The position numbers were made by a program, and so were the translations under genes. A stretch of DNA of 64,000 nt from a phage, in assembly GCA_014686905.1 (NCBI GenBank), contig GCA_014686905.1_4093.1, one strand, 5' to 3'. Below, in pieces: positions 1 through 7,567 of the stretch. The notes beneath the pieces were generated by a model that saw only the letters and a list, made by a program, of their open reading frames with translations, did not search any database and was not told the origin of the DNA. Within the stretch, counting starts at the first letter, position 1; every line of letters starts with the position of its first letter.

Positions 1-110
1 GAATCGATTCTAACGCATTAAACTGATTATCTGATACATCGCCCTAGCTGGTGGCGTTAAGGTCGTTAGAAAGCGATTGAGAGTGTTTAAAGTATTTTGC
101 AAAAAGTAAT

Positions 111-180
111 AAAAAGTACTTGCATGATTAAGAGATTAGCGTATAATGTTTTACATCGAAAGGGGAAACGGTTCTCCTTC
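111..180 (+). promoter_or_regulatory. sigma70-like early promoter plus 5' leader stem-loop
   Basis: A-rich upstream, TTGCAT ~120-125, TATAAT 142-147, imperfect hairpin 161-178. Confidence 0.5.
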
Positions 181-202
181 CAAATCAAAGGAATCAAAAC
201 AA

Positions 203-429
203 TGGCTATTATCATTACTCGCGTATCTGGTACTACTGGCAATTCTTCTACTGTTGCAGTCATTACTAACAAGGCAGGTGCGGAATTGCAAAATGCAATG
301 AATACCTGGGCCGTTAATGAGTTCGGTCAGTGGGCAAGTGTAGCATACATTGAAACCTATCAAGTGCCGACCATTAGTTTAACGGATCTTGGTGTGGAAC
401 GTATCCTTTGCTTGGATGAATTAAATTAA
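203..429 (+). CDS. hypothetical small early protein (75 aa)
   Basis: ATG 203 after promoter and leader; in-frame with track ORF 97..429. Confidence 0.6.
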
Positions 430-430
430 A

Positions 431-496
431 AAAGTACTTGCAAAGTAAATCGAATAAAGTATAATACATTACATCAAGGGGAGAAATGATTCTCCC
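431..496 (+). promoter_or_regulatory. sigma70-like early promoter plus 5' leader stem-loop
   Basis: TTGCAA 438-443, 16-bp spacer, TATAAT 460-465; hairpin GGGGAGAA/TTCTCCCC 477-496. Confidence 0.6.
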
Positions 497-514
497 CACT
501 ACAAGGAAACTAAT

Positions 515-658
515 ATGAAAACTTGTCAATGTGGTAAAAAATCTATTACTGGTTTAAAGCGGGGCGTTGCTCTTTGCCAGTACCATTATAATTTACAAGT
601 ATGGGGTAAAGAATGGGCCGACCAGGTGGAAGCAATTAAGAAAGCAAAAAGTAAGTAA
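515..658 (+). CDS. small Cys-rich protein (47 aa)
   Basis: RBS AAGGAA then ATG 515; MKTCQCGKK...; below track size cut-off. Confidence 0.45.
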   Translation: MKTCQCGKKSITGLKRGVALCQYHYNLQVWGKEWADQVEAIKKAKSK

Positions 659-664
659 AAATAT

Positions 665-706
665 TATCACAGTACTATTGACATAGTTTGATAGTACTGG
701 CATAAT
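665..706 (+). promoter_or_regulatory. sigma70-like promoter
   Basis: TTGACA 678-683, 17-bp spacer, CATAAT 701-706. Confidence 0.55.
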
Positions 707-747
707 AGATTTTATCAAGACAACATATTAATTTAAGGAATACTAAA

Positions 748-1071
748 ATGGCTAAAACTATCATTAACACCGTTTCCCTGGCTGCAATCCGTGCAATCAA
801 TGTTGACGGTAAACGTTGGACTGATTCATATGGCAATACTTATCATTCTTGTCATGTAAGCGTCGAACTGGATAACGGTTTGAATGTTCTGGCGGTTGAA
901 TCATTTACTTATGGCTATGAAGATGCATATCAACAAACGGCGTTAGATCTATTAAAGGAATCAGTAGACGGGCTTAATACTGATGAAACCTCCCTTACTC
1001 GTTTGTGCAATGATCTTAATATCCCGTTGCATTGTACTGTACAGAATGTTAAACGCAAAAAAGATCTTTAA
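748..1071 (+). CDS. hypothetical protein; paralog of 7149..7472
   Basis: RBS AAGGAA; shares RWTDS-GNTYHSC...FTYGY block with 7149..7472. Confidence 0.65.
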   Translation: MAKTIINTVSLAAIRAINVDGKRWTDSYGNTYHSCHVSVELDNGLNVLAVESFTYGYEDAYQQTALDLLKESVDGLNTDETSLTRLCNDLNIPLHCTVQNVKRKKDL

Positions 1072-1151
1072 TTAGCTTTACTTTATGCAGATACTTTGAT
1101 ATAGTGTCTGCATAGGGGAAAGAAATTAAATTAACTTAAGAGGATCGTATA

Positions 1152-1421
1152 ATGAAAAATATCAGTACTTTAATCGATGCAGGTACACATGTTCGGCGGT
1201 CTATGGTTGCAACCAGTACTACAAAACAAGTAGCGAGCGGTTATCTTGTATTTGTGCACGATGGTAAACTCCTGGAACGTTCAATCAATTTTGATGTTAA
1301 AAACAATTGCCGTTTTATTATCTTTAAGCGTGAACAATATAAAATTGATTTACCAGCAAAGCCCATTAGCGGGGCGTACAACGTGCAATCATTGTTTGAG
1401 CGTCAACCTTACACCTATTAA
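1152..1421 (+). CDS. hypothetical protein (89 aa)
   Basis: RBS AAGAGGA upstream of ATG 1152. Confidence 0.55.
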   Translation: MKNISTLIDAGTHVRRSMVATSTTKQVASGYLVFVHDGKLLERSINFDVKNNCRFIIFKREQYKIDLPAKPISGAYNVQSLFERQPYTY

Positions 1422-1472
1422 TCAAAACATCGTTAGCGGTCGATTTAGGCCGCTTGTATTGGGGATTATACC

Positions 1473-1643
1473 ATGAACGTTAATCAAGTACTGAATGAGA
1501 TCGAAAGCATCATTAAACCAATGAAACGCATTGATGCTATGTTAACACCGGAAGAATGCCGCCTTTATGAGCGTTACAGTGTGGAACAAGCCCAGGAAAT
1601 GGCCCGTATCCGTCCGGTTGCCAGTACTGATAAGGCGGCGTAA
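1473..1643 (+). CDS. hypothetical small protein (56 aa)
   Basis: ORF below track cut-off; stop overlaps next start. Confidence 0.35.
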   Translation: MNVNQVLNEIESIIKPMKRIDAMLTPEECRLYERYSVEQAQEMARIRPVASTDKAA

Positions 1644-1644
1644 T

Positions 1645-1854
1645 ATGCTTACTGTACAGGATAAGATCGACATCTTAAAGGTTAATATGTATGTGATTGA
1701 TGCCGTACCTGGTAAAGTATTTGCATACGATGATTCTAATCGCAGTCCGTTTTATTGCAGTCATGTAGTTGGATACGTGCCGTTGGCGTATGTTATAGAA
1801 AGAGTGGTTGATGCAGCATACAAACATTTTTTAGAAAATAATACTTGCAATTAG
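1645..1854 (+). CDS. hypothetical protein (69 aa)
   Basis: internal ATG of track ORF 1567..1854, directly after stop of 1473..1643. Confidence 0.45.
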   Translation: MLTVQDKIDILKVNMYVIDAVPGKVFAYDDSNRSPFYCSHVVGYVPLAYVIERVVDAAYKHFLENNTCN

Positions 1855-1903
1855 TTTTCAGTACTGTATAATGATTTACATCGAGAGCGGGAATAGTTCC
1901 CGC
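1841..1903 (+). promoter_or_regulatory. sigma70-like early promoter plus 5' leader stem-loop
   Basis: TTGCAA 1845-1850, 16-bp spacer, TG-n-TATAAT 1867-1872; hairpin GCGGGAA/TTCCCGC 1887-1903. Confidence 0.6.
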
Positions 1904-1924
1904 CTCACTTTTAAGGAATATGAA

Positions 1925-2071
1925 ATGAAAGCATCAAAAAAGAGTAATACTAAGAAAGCATGTTCACCTTTCGCTGGGGTATTCCCTTTACGTTTCGTTG
2001 ATGAAGTGGTTTCCTACCCGCCTGGCCTTACTCCTGAGATGGTAGAAAGTTTGCGTAAATCTAAAAAATAG
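1925..2071 (+). CDS. hypothetical small protein (48 aa)
   Basis: RBS AAGGAA 1913-1918, ATG 1925. Confidence 0.5.
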   Translation: MKASKKSNTKKACSPFAGVFPLRFVDEVVSYPPGLTPEMVESLRKSKK

Positions 2072-2134
2072 TACTTGCAATTAGTTTTTAAACGCGTATA
2101 ATGTTTTACATGAAGGGGAGAAATGATTCTCCCC
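2066..2134 (+). promoter_or_regulatory. sigma70-like early promoter plus 5' leader stem-loop
   Basis: TTGCAA 2075-2080, TATAAT 2097-2102; hairpin GGGGAGAA/TTCTCCCC 2115-2134. Confidence 0.6.
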
Positions 2135-2152
2135 AATAACAGGAGAAACAAA

Positions 2153-2305
2153 ATGAAACAATATAATGCTCGGTTTGATGTTACTATCGGTAACGGCAAA
2201 GGTCAATTCTCTTTCAGTACTCGCAAAAGTTATACAGAAAACTTCCTGCGTAATTGTGCACTGACCGCCGCTCAAATTAAACATTATTTTCAGGCTAAAA
2301 AATGA
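2153..2305 (+). CDS. hypothetical small protein (50 aa)
   Basis: RBS AGGAGA, ATG 2153 (internal Met of track ORF 2123..2305). Confidence 0.5.
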   Translation: MKQYNARFDVTIGNGKGQFSFSTRKSYTENFLRNCALTAAQIKHYFQAKK

Positions 2306-2391
2306 AATCATTTGCTTACTATAGTTCTGCGGTGATCGGTGCATTGATCGCGGCGTTGTTAGTAACCTATCTATTCTTTATGGTGATTTAA
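2302..2391 (+). CDS. putative hydrophobic micro-protein (29 aa)
   Basis: ATGA overlap with upstream stop; MKSFAYYSSAVIGALIAALLVTYLFFMVI looks like one TM helix. Confidence 0.3.
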   Translation: MKSFAYYSSAVIGALIAALLVTYLFFMVI

Positions 2392-2535
2392 ATGAATCCA
2401 ACAGGCTTAAATTATAAAAGTTGTTCGGCGTTTACGAAAGCAAATAAAGCGAATGCACGTAAAGCGAAAGTACAGGAGTACATCAAGCAAGGCATGACGC
2501 GAAAGGCGGCGATTCTAAAAGCTAAAAATAAATGA
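2392..2535 (+). CDS. putative basic micro-protein (47 aa)
   Basis: ATG immediately after previous stop; Lys/Ala-rich. Confidence 0.3.
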   Translation: MNPTGLNYKSCSAFTKANKANARKAKVQEYIKQGMTRKAAILKAKNK

Positions 2536-2640
2536 AAAAAGTGGTTGACTCCGGTCAGCCATTTTGCTATTATATATTCATTGAGAGATAGCTCACTAGC
2601 CCACAGGGTGCATAAGTGTATCTATTATATAAGTATTGAG
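2536..2640 (+). repeat. REP-A intergenic element copy 1 (terminator-like hairpin plus conserved box)
   Basis: hairpin TGGTTGAC-TCCG-GTCAGCCA then T-run; conserved GCCCACAGGGTGCATAAGTGTATCTATT. Confidence 0.6.
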
Positions 2641-2654
2641 TACTGAAAACTATT

Positions 2655-2725
2655 TTTAAAAAGTACTTGCAAACTATCTCAATAAGCGTATAATGTTTTA
2701 CATCGAAAGGGGAAACGGTTTCCCC
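2655..2725 (+). promoter_or_regulatory. sigma70-like early promoter plus 5' leader stem-loop
   Basis: TTGCAA 2667-2672, TATAAT 2689-2694; hairpin GGGGAAAC/GTTTCCCC 2709-2725. Confidence 0.6.
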
Positions 2726-2745
2726 TGGTAATAAGGAAACAAATC

Positions 2746-3087
2746 ATGACTATCTCAATTGCTCAATCTAACTTTGAAAATGAAATCATCGCCCAGGCAC
2801 TGCGTTTAAATGATGGTCGGGCCGAAATTAATTACGGTTTCAATTCAGGCGGTTGCGAAAACTATCAGTACTTTGTAACGGCTGATGGCGGTGTCCTGGG
2901 TATCAATACAGTTATTGTAAACATCCAAAAAATTAATTTCAATGATCCAGACGATAGCCAGTTTTACATCACTGGCGTAGACGTGAACTATGAGGATGAC
3001 TCACTAACTGATGATCACACTGGCGAGCGGTTAGAAAGTGCATACGGTGAAGATGATTATCAGTCCGGTCCAGAAGATTTCGAATAA
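2746..3087 (+). CDS. hypothetical acidic protein (113 aa)
   Basis: RBS AAGGAAAC, ATG 2746. Confidence 0.65.
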   Translation: MTISIAQSNFENEIIAQALRLNDGRAEINYGFNSGGCENYQYFVTADGGVLGINTVIVNIQKINFNDPDDSQFYITGVDVNYEDDSLTDDHTGERLESAYGEDDYQSGPEDFE

Positions 3088-3090
3088 TAT

Positions 3091-3160
3091 AAAAAATAGT
3101 TTGACAATAGATTATAGTACTGTATAATAGTTTACATCAAGGGGAGAAAAACTTCTCCCC
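3091..3160 (+). promoter_or_regulatory. sigma70-like early promoter plus 5' leader stem-loop
   Basis: TTGACA 3101-3106, TG-n-TATAAT 3123-3128; hairpin GGGGAGAA/TTCTCCCC 3141-3160. Confidence 0.65.
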
Positions 3161-3182
3161 ACTAACAGAGAGAGAAAACAAA

Positions 3183-3395
3183 ATGGCTAATATCCGGTCG
3201 AAATTAAAAAATGCAAAACAAGTTTTATTTTCAGATCATGAATACTTTAATAAAGATATTACAGGAGTTACAAGTATCAAGGAAGTAAAAGAAAAAACCG
3301 GCGTTTTGTGTGATGTGCGATTAGTTGGAACATTTGGGAATAACGTGCTATATCGCTGCGGTGATTACAATTTTACACTGACTATCATTAACTAA
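3183..3395 (+). CDS. hypothetical protein (70 aa)
   Basis: RBS AGAGAGAGAAAA, ATG 3183. Confidence 0.6.
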   Translation: MANIRSKLKNAKQVLFSDHEYFNKDITGVTSIKEVKEKTGVLCDVRLVGTFGNNVLYRCGDYNFTLTIIN

Positions 3396-3399
3396 AAAT

Positions 3400-3443
3400 A
3401 TTATCACAGTACTATTGACATAGTTTGATAGTACTGACATAAT
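3400..3443 (+). promoter_or_regulatory. sigma70-like promoter
   Basis: TTGACA 3415-3420, 17-bp spacer, CATAAT 3438-3443; near-duplicate of promoter at 665-706. Confidence 0.55.
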
Positions 3444-3478
3444 AACTTTTATCAACTACACTACTAAGGAATTAAAAA

Positions 3479-3658
3479 ATGGCTATCATCGCAAAAACTG
3501 AAATCGTTGGTCTGGATTCTATCATCATGACGTTTGAAGATCAAAAAGGTATGTATGTAGTTTCCTATGGTGATTATGTTCGGGAGTATGAAACGGTAGA
3601 CGAAGCCTTTGAAAGTTATATTCGCCAGGTGAATAAAGCATACGATGACTACCGCTAA
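3479..3658 (+). CDS. hypothetical small protein (59 aa)
   Basis: RBS AAGGAA, ATG 3479; below track cut-off. Confidence 0.5.
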   Translation: MAIIAKTEIVGLDSIIMTFEDQKGMYVVSYGDYVREYETVDEAFESYIRQVNKAYDDYR

Positions 3659-3669
3659 AATATATTACC

Positions 3670-3713
3670 AGTACTATTAAATCTATTGACAACGTTTGAT
3701 AGTACTGTATAAT
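3670..3713 (+). promoter_or_regulatory. sigma70-like promoter
   Basis: TTGACA 3686-3691, TG-n-TATAAT 3708-3713. Confidence 0.55.
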
Positions 3714-3757
3714 AAGTTTTATAAACAGTAGTTAACTTAACCTAAGAGAGAAACAAA

Positions 3758-3901
3758 ATGATCGCACTGGATTCATTCATCGACGCAGTACTGGCAAAAA
3801 CTGGCGAGGATCTGACCGCAGAACAATACGCGATGATCGAGCAATGTCAGCAAAACGGTAAATCGGTGAAAGATACTGTTAAGATTATCCGCAAGATGTA
3901 A
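3758..3901 (+). CDS. hypothetical small protein (47 aa)
   Basis: RBS AGAGAGAAA, ATG 3758; followed by hairpin. Confidence 0.45.
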   Translation: MIALDSFIDAVLAKTGEDLTAEQYAMIEQCQQNGKSVKDTVKIIRKM

Positions 3902-3907
3902 TATTAT

Positions 3908-3935
3908 AGCCCACTGGTTAACGCTGGTGGGCTTT
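3908..3935 (+). terminator. putative intrinsic terminator
   Basis: hairpin AGCCCAC...GTGGGCT then TTTAAT; weak U-tract. Confidence 0.4.
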
Positions 3936-4006
3936 AATCATTTACCCTATACAATGCCAGTACTAAACCGTTTATCTCATTAGAATGCGTTACAGGACGT
4001 TTAACA

Positions 4007-4204
4007 ATGATTAGCATGAAATCAGTACAAAAACAAATAGAAACATTATCAAAAATTAAACGTAAACAATACTCCTTAGAATATACAATCAATGGTAACT
4101 ATCATCTAATGAAAGAAAATAATTTTATAGTCATTGATGAATCATTGCAAATCATTAGTATAGTACTGAAAGCATTAATCAATGACAGAAAAAAATTAAA
4201 ATAA
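4007..4204 (+). CDS. hypothetical Lys-rich protein (65 aa)
   Basis: track ORF; weak RBS. Confidence 0.4.
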   Translation: MISMKSVQKQIETLSKIKRKQYSLEYTINGNYHLMKENNFIVIDESLQIISIVLKALINDRKKLK

Positions 4205-4294
4205 TTGTTGACATACAATGCCAGTACTGGCATAATACTTACATCAAGACGAGAACGTCACCAACCCATAGGGTGCACAAATGTAACTATATAA

Positions 4295-4370
4295 TATCGA
4301 TCAATAAATGATCAAAAAAGTACTGGATCAATTTAGCATAAGGCGTATAATTCTGATCAATTCTTGATCA
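4295..4370 (+). promoter_or_regulatory. cluster of five GATC sites (TGATCAA-type repeats) in a long non-coding leader
   Basis: GATC at 4299, 4310, 4326, 4355, 4366 inside the ~330-bp non-coding stretch 4205-4532. Confidence 0.35.
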
Positions 4371-4532
4371 AAGGCAATAAACGTAGTTGAAATTATATAG
4401 AAAGTACAAAGGCGTTACCATTCGTGGTAATGCTGGGGAATATGTAGTATCATACGGTTTGAATAAAATCAGTACTAGTAGTATAATCGTAGCATTGCAG
4501 TACTATAGTATTTTTATAATGAGGTTAAAATA

Positions 4533-4790
4533 ATGGCTGTAGGATTTGCGAAGGACGGGGCCGAACAAGACGAGATTAACGCAGTGATTCAGGCCGCCGT
4601 AAACCACGCTAGAAAGCAAATTAACGCACAAATAGAATCACTGGTACATTGCCTCGACTGCGGCGATATAATCCCTGAGAAACGACGCCAGGCCGTTAAG
4701 GGATGTAAGTACTGCATAACTTGCCAGGAGGATCATGATAGTACTTTTAAACGTCCCCCGCGTAATTGTTGGCATAGATCTATGAGATAA
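4533..4790 (+). CDS. TraR/DksA-family C4 zinc-finger protein
   Basis: CLDC-x17-CITC (CxxC-x17-CxxC) spacing typical of TraR/DksA; RBS GAGG. Confidence 0.6.
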   Translation: MAVGFAKDGAEQDEINAVIQAAVNHARKQINAQIESLVHCLDCGDIIPEKRRQAVKGCKYCITCQEDHDSTFKRPPRNCWHRSMR

Positions 4791-4825
4791 AAAGTATTGA
4801 CAGTACTGAAAGATAGTGTATAATA
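4791..4825 (+). promoter_or_regulatory. sigma70-like promoter
   Basis: TTGACA 4798-4803, 16-bp spacer, TG-n-TATAAT 4820-4825. Confidence 0.6.
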
Positions 4826-4853
4826 TTTTATATCTTAACTGAGGATTGAAATC

Positions 4854-5210
4854 ATGGGAATACAACATATCACGCGTACTACTGACAATGGCGAGATCAC
4901 TGGCTATCAAGTACAGGGCAAAGTAGCACAATTGCAGTACTGGTTTGTTAAACGTGGAATCATTGCACCGGATCTTGATTATGACCGTGTAGCGTTTATT
5001 GATTCTCTTTATGTTGATCCTGATAGTCGGGGCAATGGTGAAGGTAACGAATTAATGAATGCCTTTATTGATGCCGCCGATGATTCAGATTGTATCATTT
5101 TAGAATGCGATACAGGAGAAGATAACGCCTTCAATCTTAAAGAATGGTACGAAGGTTTCGGATTCGAGGTACTGATCGATAGTGAATATCCTATCATGAT
5201 TTTATCATAG
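4854..5210 (+). CDS. putative GNAT-like acetyltransferase (118 aa)
   Basis: RGNGEGNELMNAFIDAA resembles GNAT motif A; RBS GAGGA. Confidence 0.45.
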   Translation: MGIQHITRTTDNGEITGYQVQGKVAQLQYWFVKRGIIAPDLDYDRVAFIDSLYVDPDSRGNGEGNELMNAFIDAADDSDCIILECDTGEDNAFNLKEWYEGFGFEVLIDSEYPIMILS

Positions 5211-5216
5211 TACTTG

Positions 5217-5280
5217 CATTTAGTTTTCAGTACTGTTATAGTACTTACATCAAGGGGAAACATCTTCCCCTACTAAGAGG
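5217..5280 (+). promoter_or_regulatory. early promoter plus 5' leader stem-loop
   Basis: TTGCAT 5224-5229, weak -10 TTATAG; hairpin AGGGGAA/TTCCCCT 5262-5280. Confidence 0.5.
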
Positions 5281-5288
5281 AAATAAAA

Positions 5289-5477
5289 ATGGAAAACTTA
5301 TCAAGTATTTTAGTACAAGATGATTTCGGTAATCCTGGAAGTGCTATCATTGTTCGGGGTAATAAAGCAACGTTTGTTATTGCTGGTGGACCTGTACAGC
5401 GTAGCATTAAAAATAATGCTGTTACCATTAATAATGTACGCTATCGCTTAGATAAAGAATTGATTCATAAACTTTAA
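5289..5477 (+). CDS. hypothetical protein (62 aa)
   Basis: RBS AAGAGGAAA, ATG 5289. Confidence 0.6.
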   Translation: MENLSSILVQDDFGNPGSAIIVRGNKATFVIAGGPVQRSIKNNAVTINNVRYRLDKELIHKL

Positions 5478-5544
5478 AAAGTATTTGACAATAGATTATA
5501 GTACTGTATAATAAGTTACATGAAGGGGTGAAATGATTCTCCCC
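5476..5544 (+). promoter_or_regulatory. sigma70-like early promoter plus 5' leader stem-loop
   Basis: TTGACA 5485-5490, TG-n-TATAAT 5507-5512; hairpin 5525-5544. Confidence 0.6.
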
Positions 5545-5561
5545 ACTAAGAGGAAAGAAAA

Positions 5562-5774
5562 ATGCAAGGTCAACTAATCGTTCGTAAATGGTCTGATACT
5601 AACGAAAAACCGTGGGATGTACAATACATCGGACCGGATGGGGTATCACGTTATCAGCCTGGCGTAACGCATAGTACTGAGCAATTCGCAAACGCTCACC
5701 GCGAACGCCTGTTAGAATCCATGAAACAGGGATTCTGTGAAAAATTCATTCAAGATCATTGGCTGAAAGATTAA
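5562..5774 (+). CDS. hypothetical protein (70 aa)
   Basis: RBS AAGAGGAAAG, ATG 5562. Confidence 0.6.
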   Translation: MQGQLIVRKWSDTNEKPWDVQYIGPDGVSRYQPGVTHSTEQFANAHRERLLESMKQGFCEKFIQDHWLKD

Positions 5775-5791
5775 TATAAGGAGTACAGCTT

Positions 5792-5884
5792 ATGCAAATG
5801 AATCCGATGATTATTGTTTTAGCTGTACTTATGATCATTCATGCAATAGTAGAAGTATTAACGCAATCAGGAGTAATAAAATGA
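5792..5884 (+). CDS. putative hydrophobic micro-protein (30 aa)
   Basis: RBS AAGGAG, ATG 5792; MQMNPMIIVLAVLMIIHAIVEVL looks like one TM helix. Confidence 0.3.
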   Translation: MQMNPMIIVLAVLMIIHAIVEVLTQSGVIK

Positions 5885-6054
5885 TTCAAGTAGAATTATC
5901 AGTACTGAAAGATCTGTTTTATCGGTTAGGTACTACTGGCGAGTATCCTAAAAGTGATACCGCAAAACTTTTTGTATCACTCGACTTATGGCAACGCGAA
6001 CAATTAGTAATGTCCTGGCGTAAAGGTAAAGCAGATAGCGAGGTGAAAGCATGA
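5881..6054 (+). CDS. hypothetical small protein (57 aa)
   Basis: ATGA overlap with previous stop; RBS AGGAG. Confidence 0.4.
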   Translation: MIQVELSVLKDLFYRLGTTGEYPKSDTAKLFVSLDLWQREQLVMSWRKGKADSEVKA

Positions 6055-6200
6055 AAGAATTCTTATTCGAAGTAGTGTTTCAAGGTGTCGGTAGTAACCA
6101 ACTGATTCGCTCAAGTGGTTACAATGTTAACCAGGCATGGAATAACATTAAACAAATGTACCCGAACGCTATCACCTATCGCAACCCGAAACAAGTTTAA
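6051..6200 (+). CDS. hypothetical small protein (49 aa)
   Basis: ATGA overlap; RBS GAGG. Confidence 0.4.
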   Translation: MKEFLFEVVFQGVGSNQLIRSSGYNVNQAWNNIKQMYPNAITYRNPKQV

Positions 6201-6210
6201 AAATAATTGA

Positions 6211-6300
6211 AAAAGGGATTGACTCCGGTCAGTCCCTTTGCTATTATATACGCATAGAAACAAATCAGCCCACAGGGTGCATAAATGTATCTATTGTTTG
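6211..6300 (+). repeat. REP-A intergenic element copy 2
   Basis: hairpin GGGATTGAC-TCCG-GTCAGTCCC 6215-6236 flanked by A-run and T-run; conserved GCCCACAGGGTGCATAAATGTATCTATT. Confidence 0.6.
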
Positions 6301-6330
6301 CTGGTGGCTAGTACTGAAAACTATTTTTAA

Positions 6331-6366
6331 AAAAGTACTTGCATTGTACTTAGAATCAAGTATAAT
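6331..6366 (+). promoter_or_regulatory. sigma70-like promoter upstream of ORF-free structured leader
   Basis: TTGCAT 6339-6344, 16-bp spacer, TATAAT 6361-6366; downstream hairpin ACGGGG...CCCCGT 6380-6405. Confidence 0.5.
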
Positions 6367-6447
6367 GTTTTACATCAGGACGGGGAACGAAACAAGTAAC
6401 CCCGTTAAGTAGTCCAGGAGTAAGACATAAGAAAACCTCCCCTGATA

Positions 6448-6482
6448 AAATAGTTTGACAATAGAAAGTAAACGAGTATAAT
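6448..6482 (+). promoter_or_regulatory. sigma70-like promoter
   Basis: TTGACA 6455-6460, TATAAT 6477-6482. Confidence 0.55.
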
Positions 6483-6515
6483 ACTTACATCAACCACTGA
6501 TAAGGAAACATTAAA

Positions 6516-6791
6516 ATGCGGATTCTACTGACAGCTAACGAAATCGAACAAGTACTGACTACTAACCTGGAAGACTGGAAACGTGAAGCAGATATCCAGG
6601 CGGTTCAACGGCTTAACGATGAGTTAACGCCGGATGACTTAAGCAAGATTGTAGATCCTCAATTCTACGAAGATATCCACGACACCGCGTTAAGCGTCGA
6701 GGATGTACTAGATAAGCACTACATTGATATTGATTTGCAGGTTTACGGTCGTAAAAACTTTATCACTATTCACGACATTTACAATAATTAA
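6516..6791 (+). CDS. hypothetical acidic protein (91 aa)
   Basis: RBS AAGGAAAC, ATG 6516. Confidence 0.65.
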   Translation: MRILLTANEIEQVLTTNLEDWKREADIQAVQRLNDELTPDDLSKIVDPQFYEDIHDTALSVEDVLDKHYIDIDLQVYGRKNFITIHDIYNN

Positions 6792-6855
6792 GTATTGACA
6801 AAGTATCTTAGTACTGTATAATAGTTTACATCGAGAGGGGGAATGGTTCCCCTCC
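6789..6855 (+). promoter_or_regulatory. sigma70-like early promoter plus 5' leader stem-loop
   Basis: TTGACA 6795-6800, TG-n-TATAAT 6817-6822; hairpin GAGGGGGAA/TTCCCCTC 6835-6855. Confidence 0.65.
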
Positions 6856-6877
6856 TAACAAAGAGAGAGAAATAAAA

Positions 6878-7060
6878 ATGGCTAAATGCACTATCTGTAA
6901 GAAAGAAATCGTATTAGTTCCAAGTGCCCGTGAACGTGCCGCTCGGTTCGGTGGCAAACCGTCAGACTATACAAAAATGTTTACTGTCCATGCAGCTTGC
7001 CAGGTAGCAAAACGTTCACAAGAAAGCGTAGAATTAATGCGTAAACTTTCCAAAAAATAA
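6878..7060 (+). CDS. hypothetical protein with CxxC pair (60 aa)
   Basis: RBS AGAGAGAGAAA, ATG 6878; CTICKK...HAAC. Confidence 0.55.
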   Translation: MAKCTICKKEIVLVPSARERAARFGGKPSDYTKMFTVHAACQVAKRSQESVELMRKLSKK

Positions 7061-7126
7061 GTATTGACAAAGTATCTTAGTACTGTATAATAGTTTACAT
7101 CAAGTGAGGGGAAACGGTTCCCCTCC
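7060..7126 (+). promoter_or_regulatory. sigma70-like early promoter plus 5' leader stem-loop
   Basis: TTGACA 7064-7069, TG-n-TATAAT 7086-7091; hairpin GAGGGGAAAC/GTTCCCCTC 7106-7126. Confidence 0.65.
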
Positions 7127-7148
7127 TAACAAAGAGAGAGAAATAAAA

Positions 7149-7472
7149 ATGGCTATGATCCTTGCCCAGAAAGTAGAACTGAAAATTGTAACCTCCTTTG
7201 ACATTAAAGTTAATCGGTGGACTGATTCACACGGCAATACTTACCACTCTTGCTACGTGTCTGCGTTAATTGGTGATCGTTGGGAAGACCTGGGACATGA
7301 AACCTTTACATACGGTTACGGCACACAAGGCGAATACACGGGCTTGGAGATCATTAAAGAAACCGTTATAGGTTTCAACCCGAAAGAAAAAGTTATTCAC
7401 CGCATCGAAAAAGAGATTAACAAAGAAATAACAGTTCGATACAACGATGTAAAACGTAAGAAAGACATGTAA
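7149..7472 (+). CDS. hypothetical protein; paralog of 748..1071
   Basis: ATG 7149 after RBS; shares RWTDSHGNTYHSC...FTYGYG block. Confidence 0.65.
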   Translation: MAMILAQKVELKIVTSFDIKVNRWTDSHGNTYHSCYVSALIGDRWEDLGHETFTYGYGTQGEYTGLEIIKETVIGFNPKEKVIHRIEKEINKEITVRYNDVKRKKDM

Positions 7473-7495
7473 TAGAATCCATTTAAAGTACTATT

Positions 7496-7534
7496 TGACA
7501 TTGCCCAGATAGTACTTTATAATAGACTCTAACT
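7496..7534 (+). promoter_or_regulatory. sigma70-like promoter
   Basis: TTGACA 7506-7511, 17-bp spacer, TATAAT 7529-7534. Confidence 0.55.
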
Positions 7535-7567
7535 TGTAGTACTAACTCAACTAATAGGATGTATACC

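Noticed and set aside
1567-1854. Long form of track ORF starting at 1567
   Set aside because: The upstream extension overlaps the RBS-led ORF 1473..1643 in another frame; ATG 1645 right after that stop fits the coupled pattern better
4638-4931. 97-aa minus-strand ORF
   Set aside because: Antisense to the TraR/DksA-like and GNAT-like genes and spans the promoter between them
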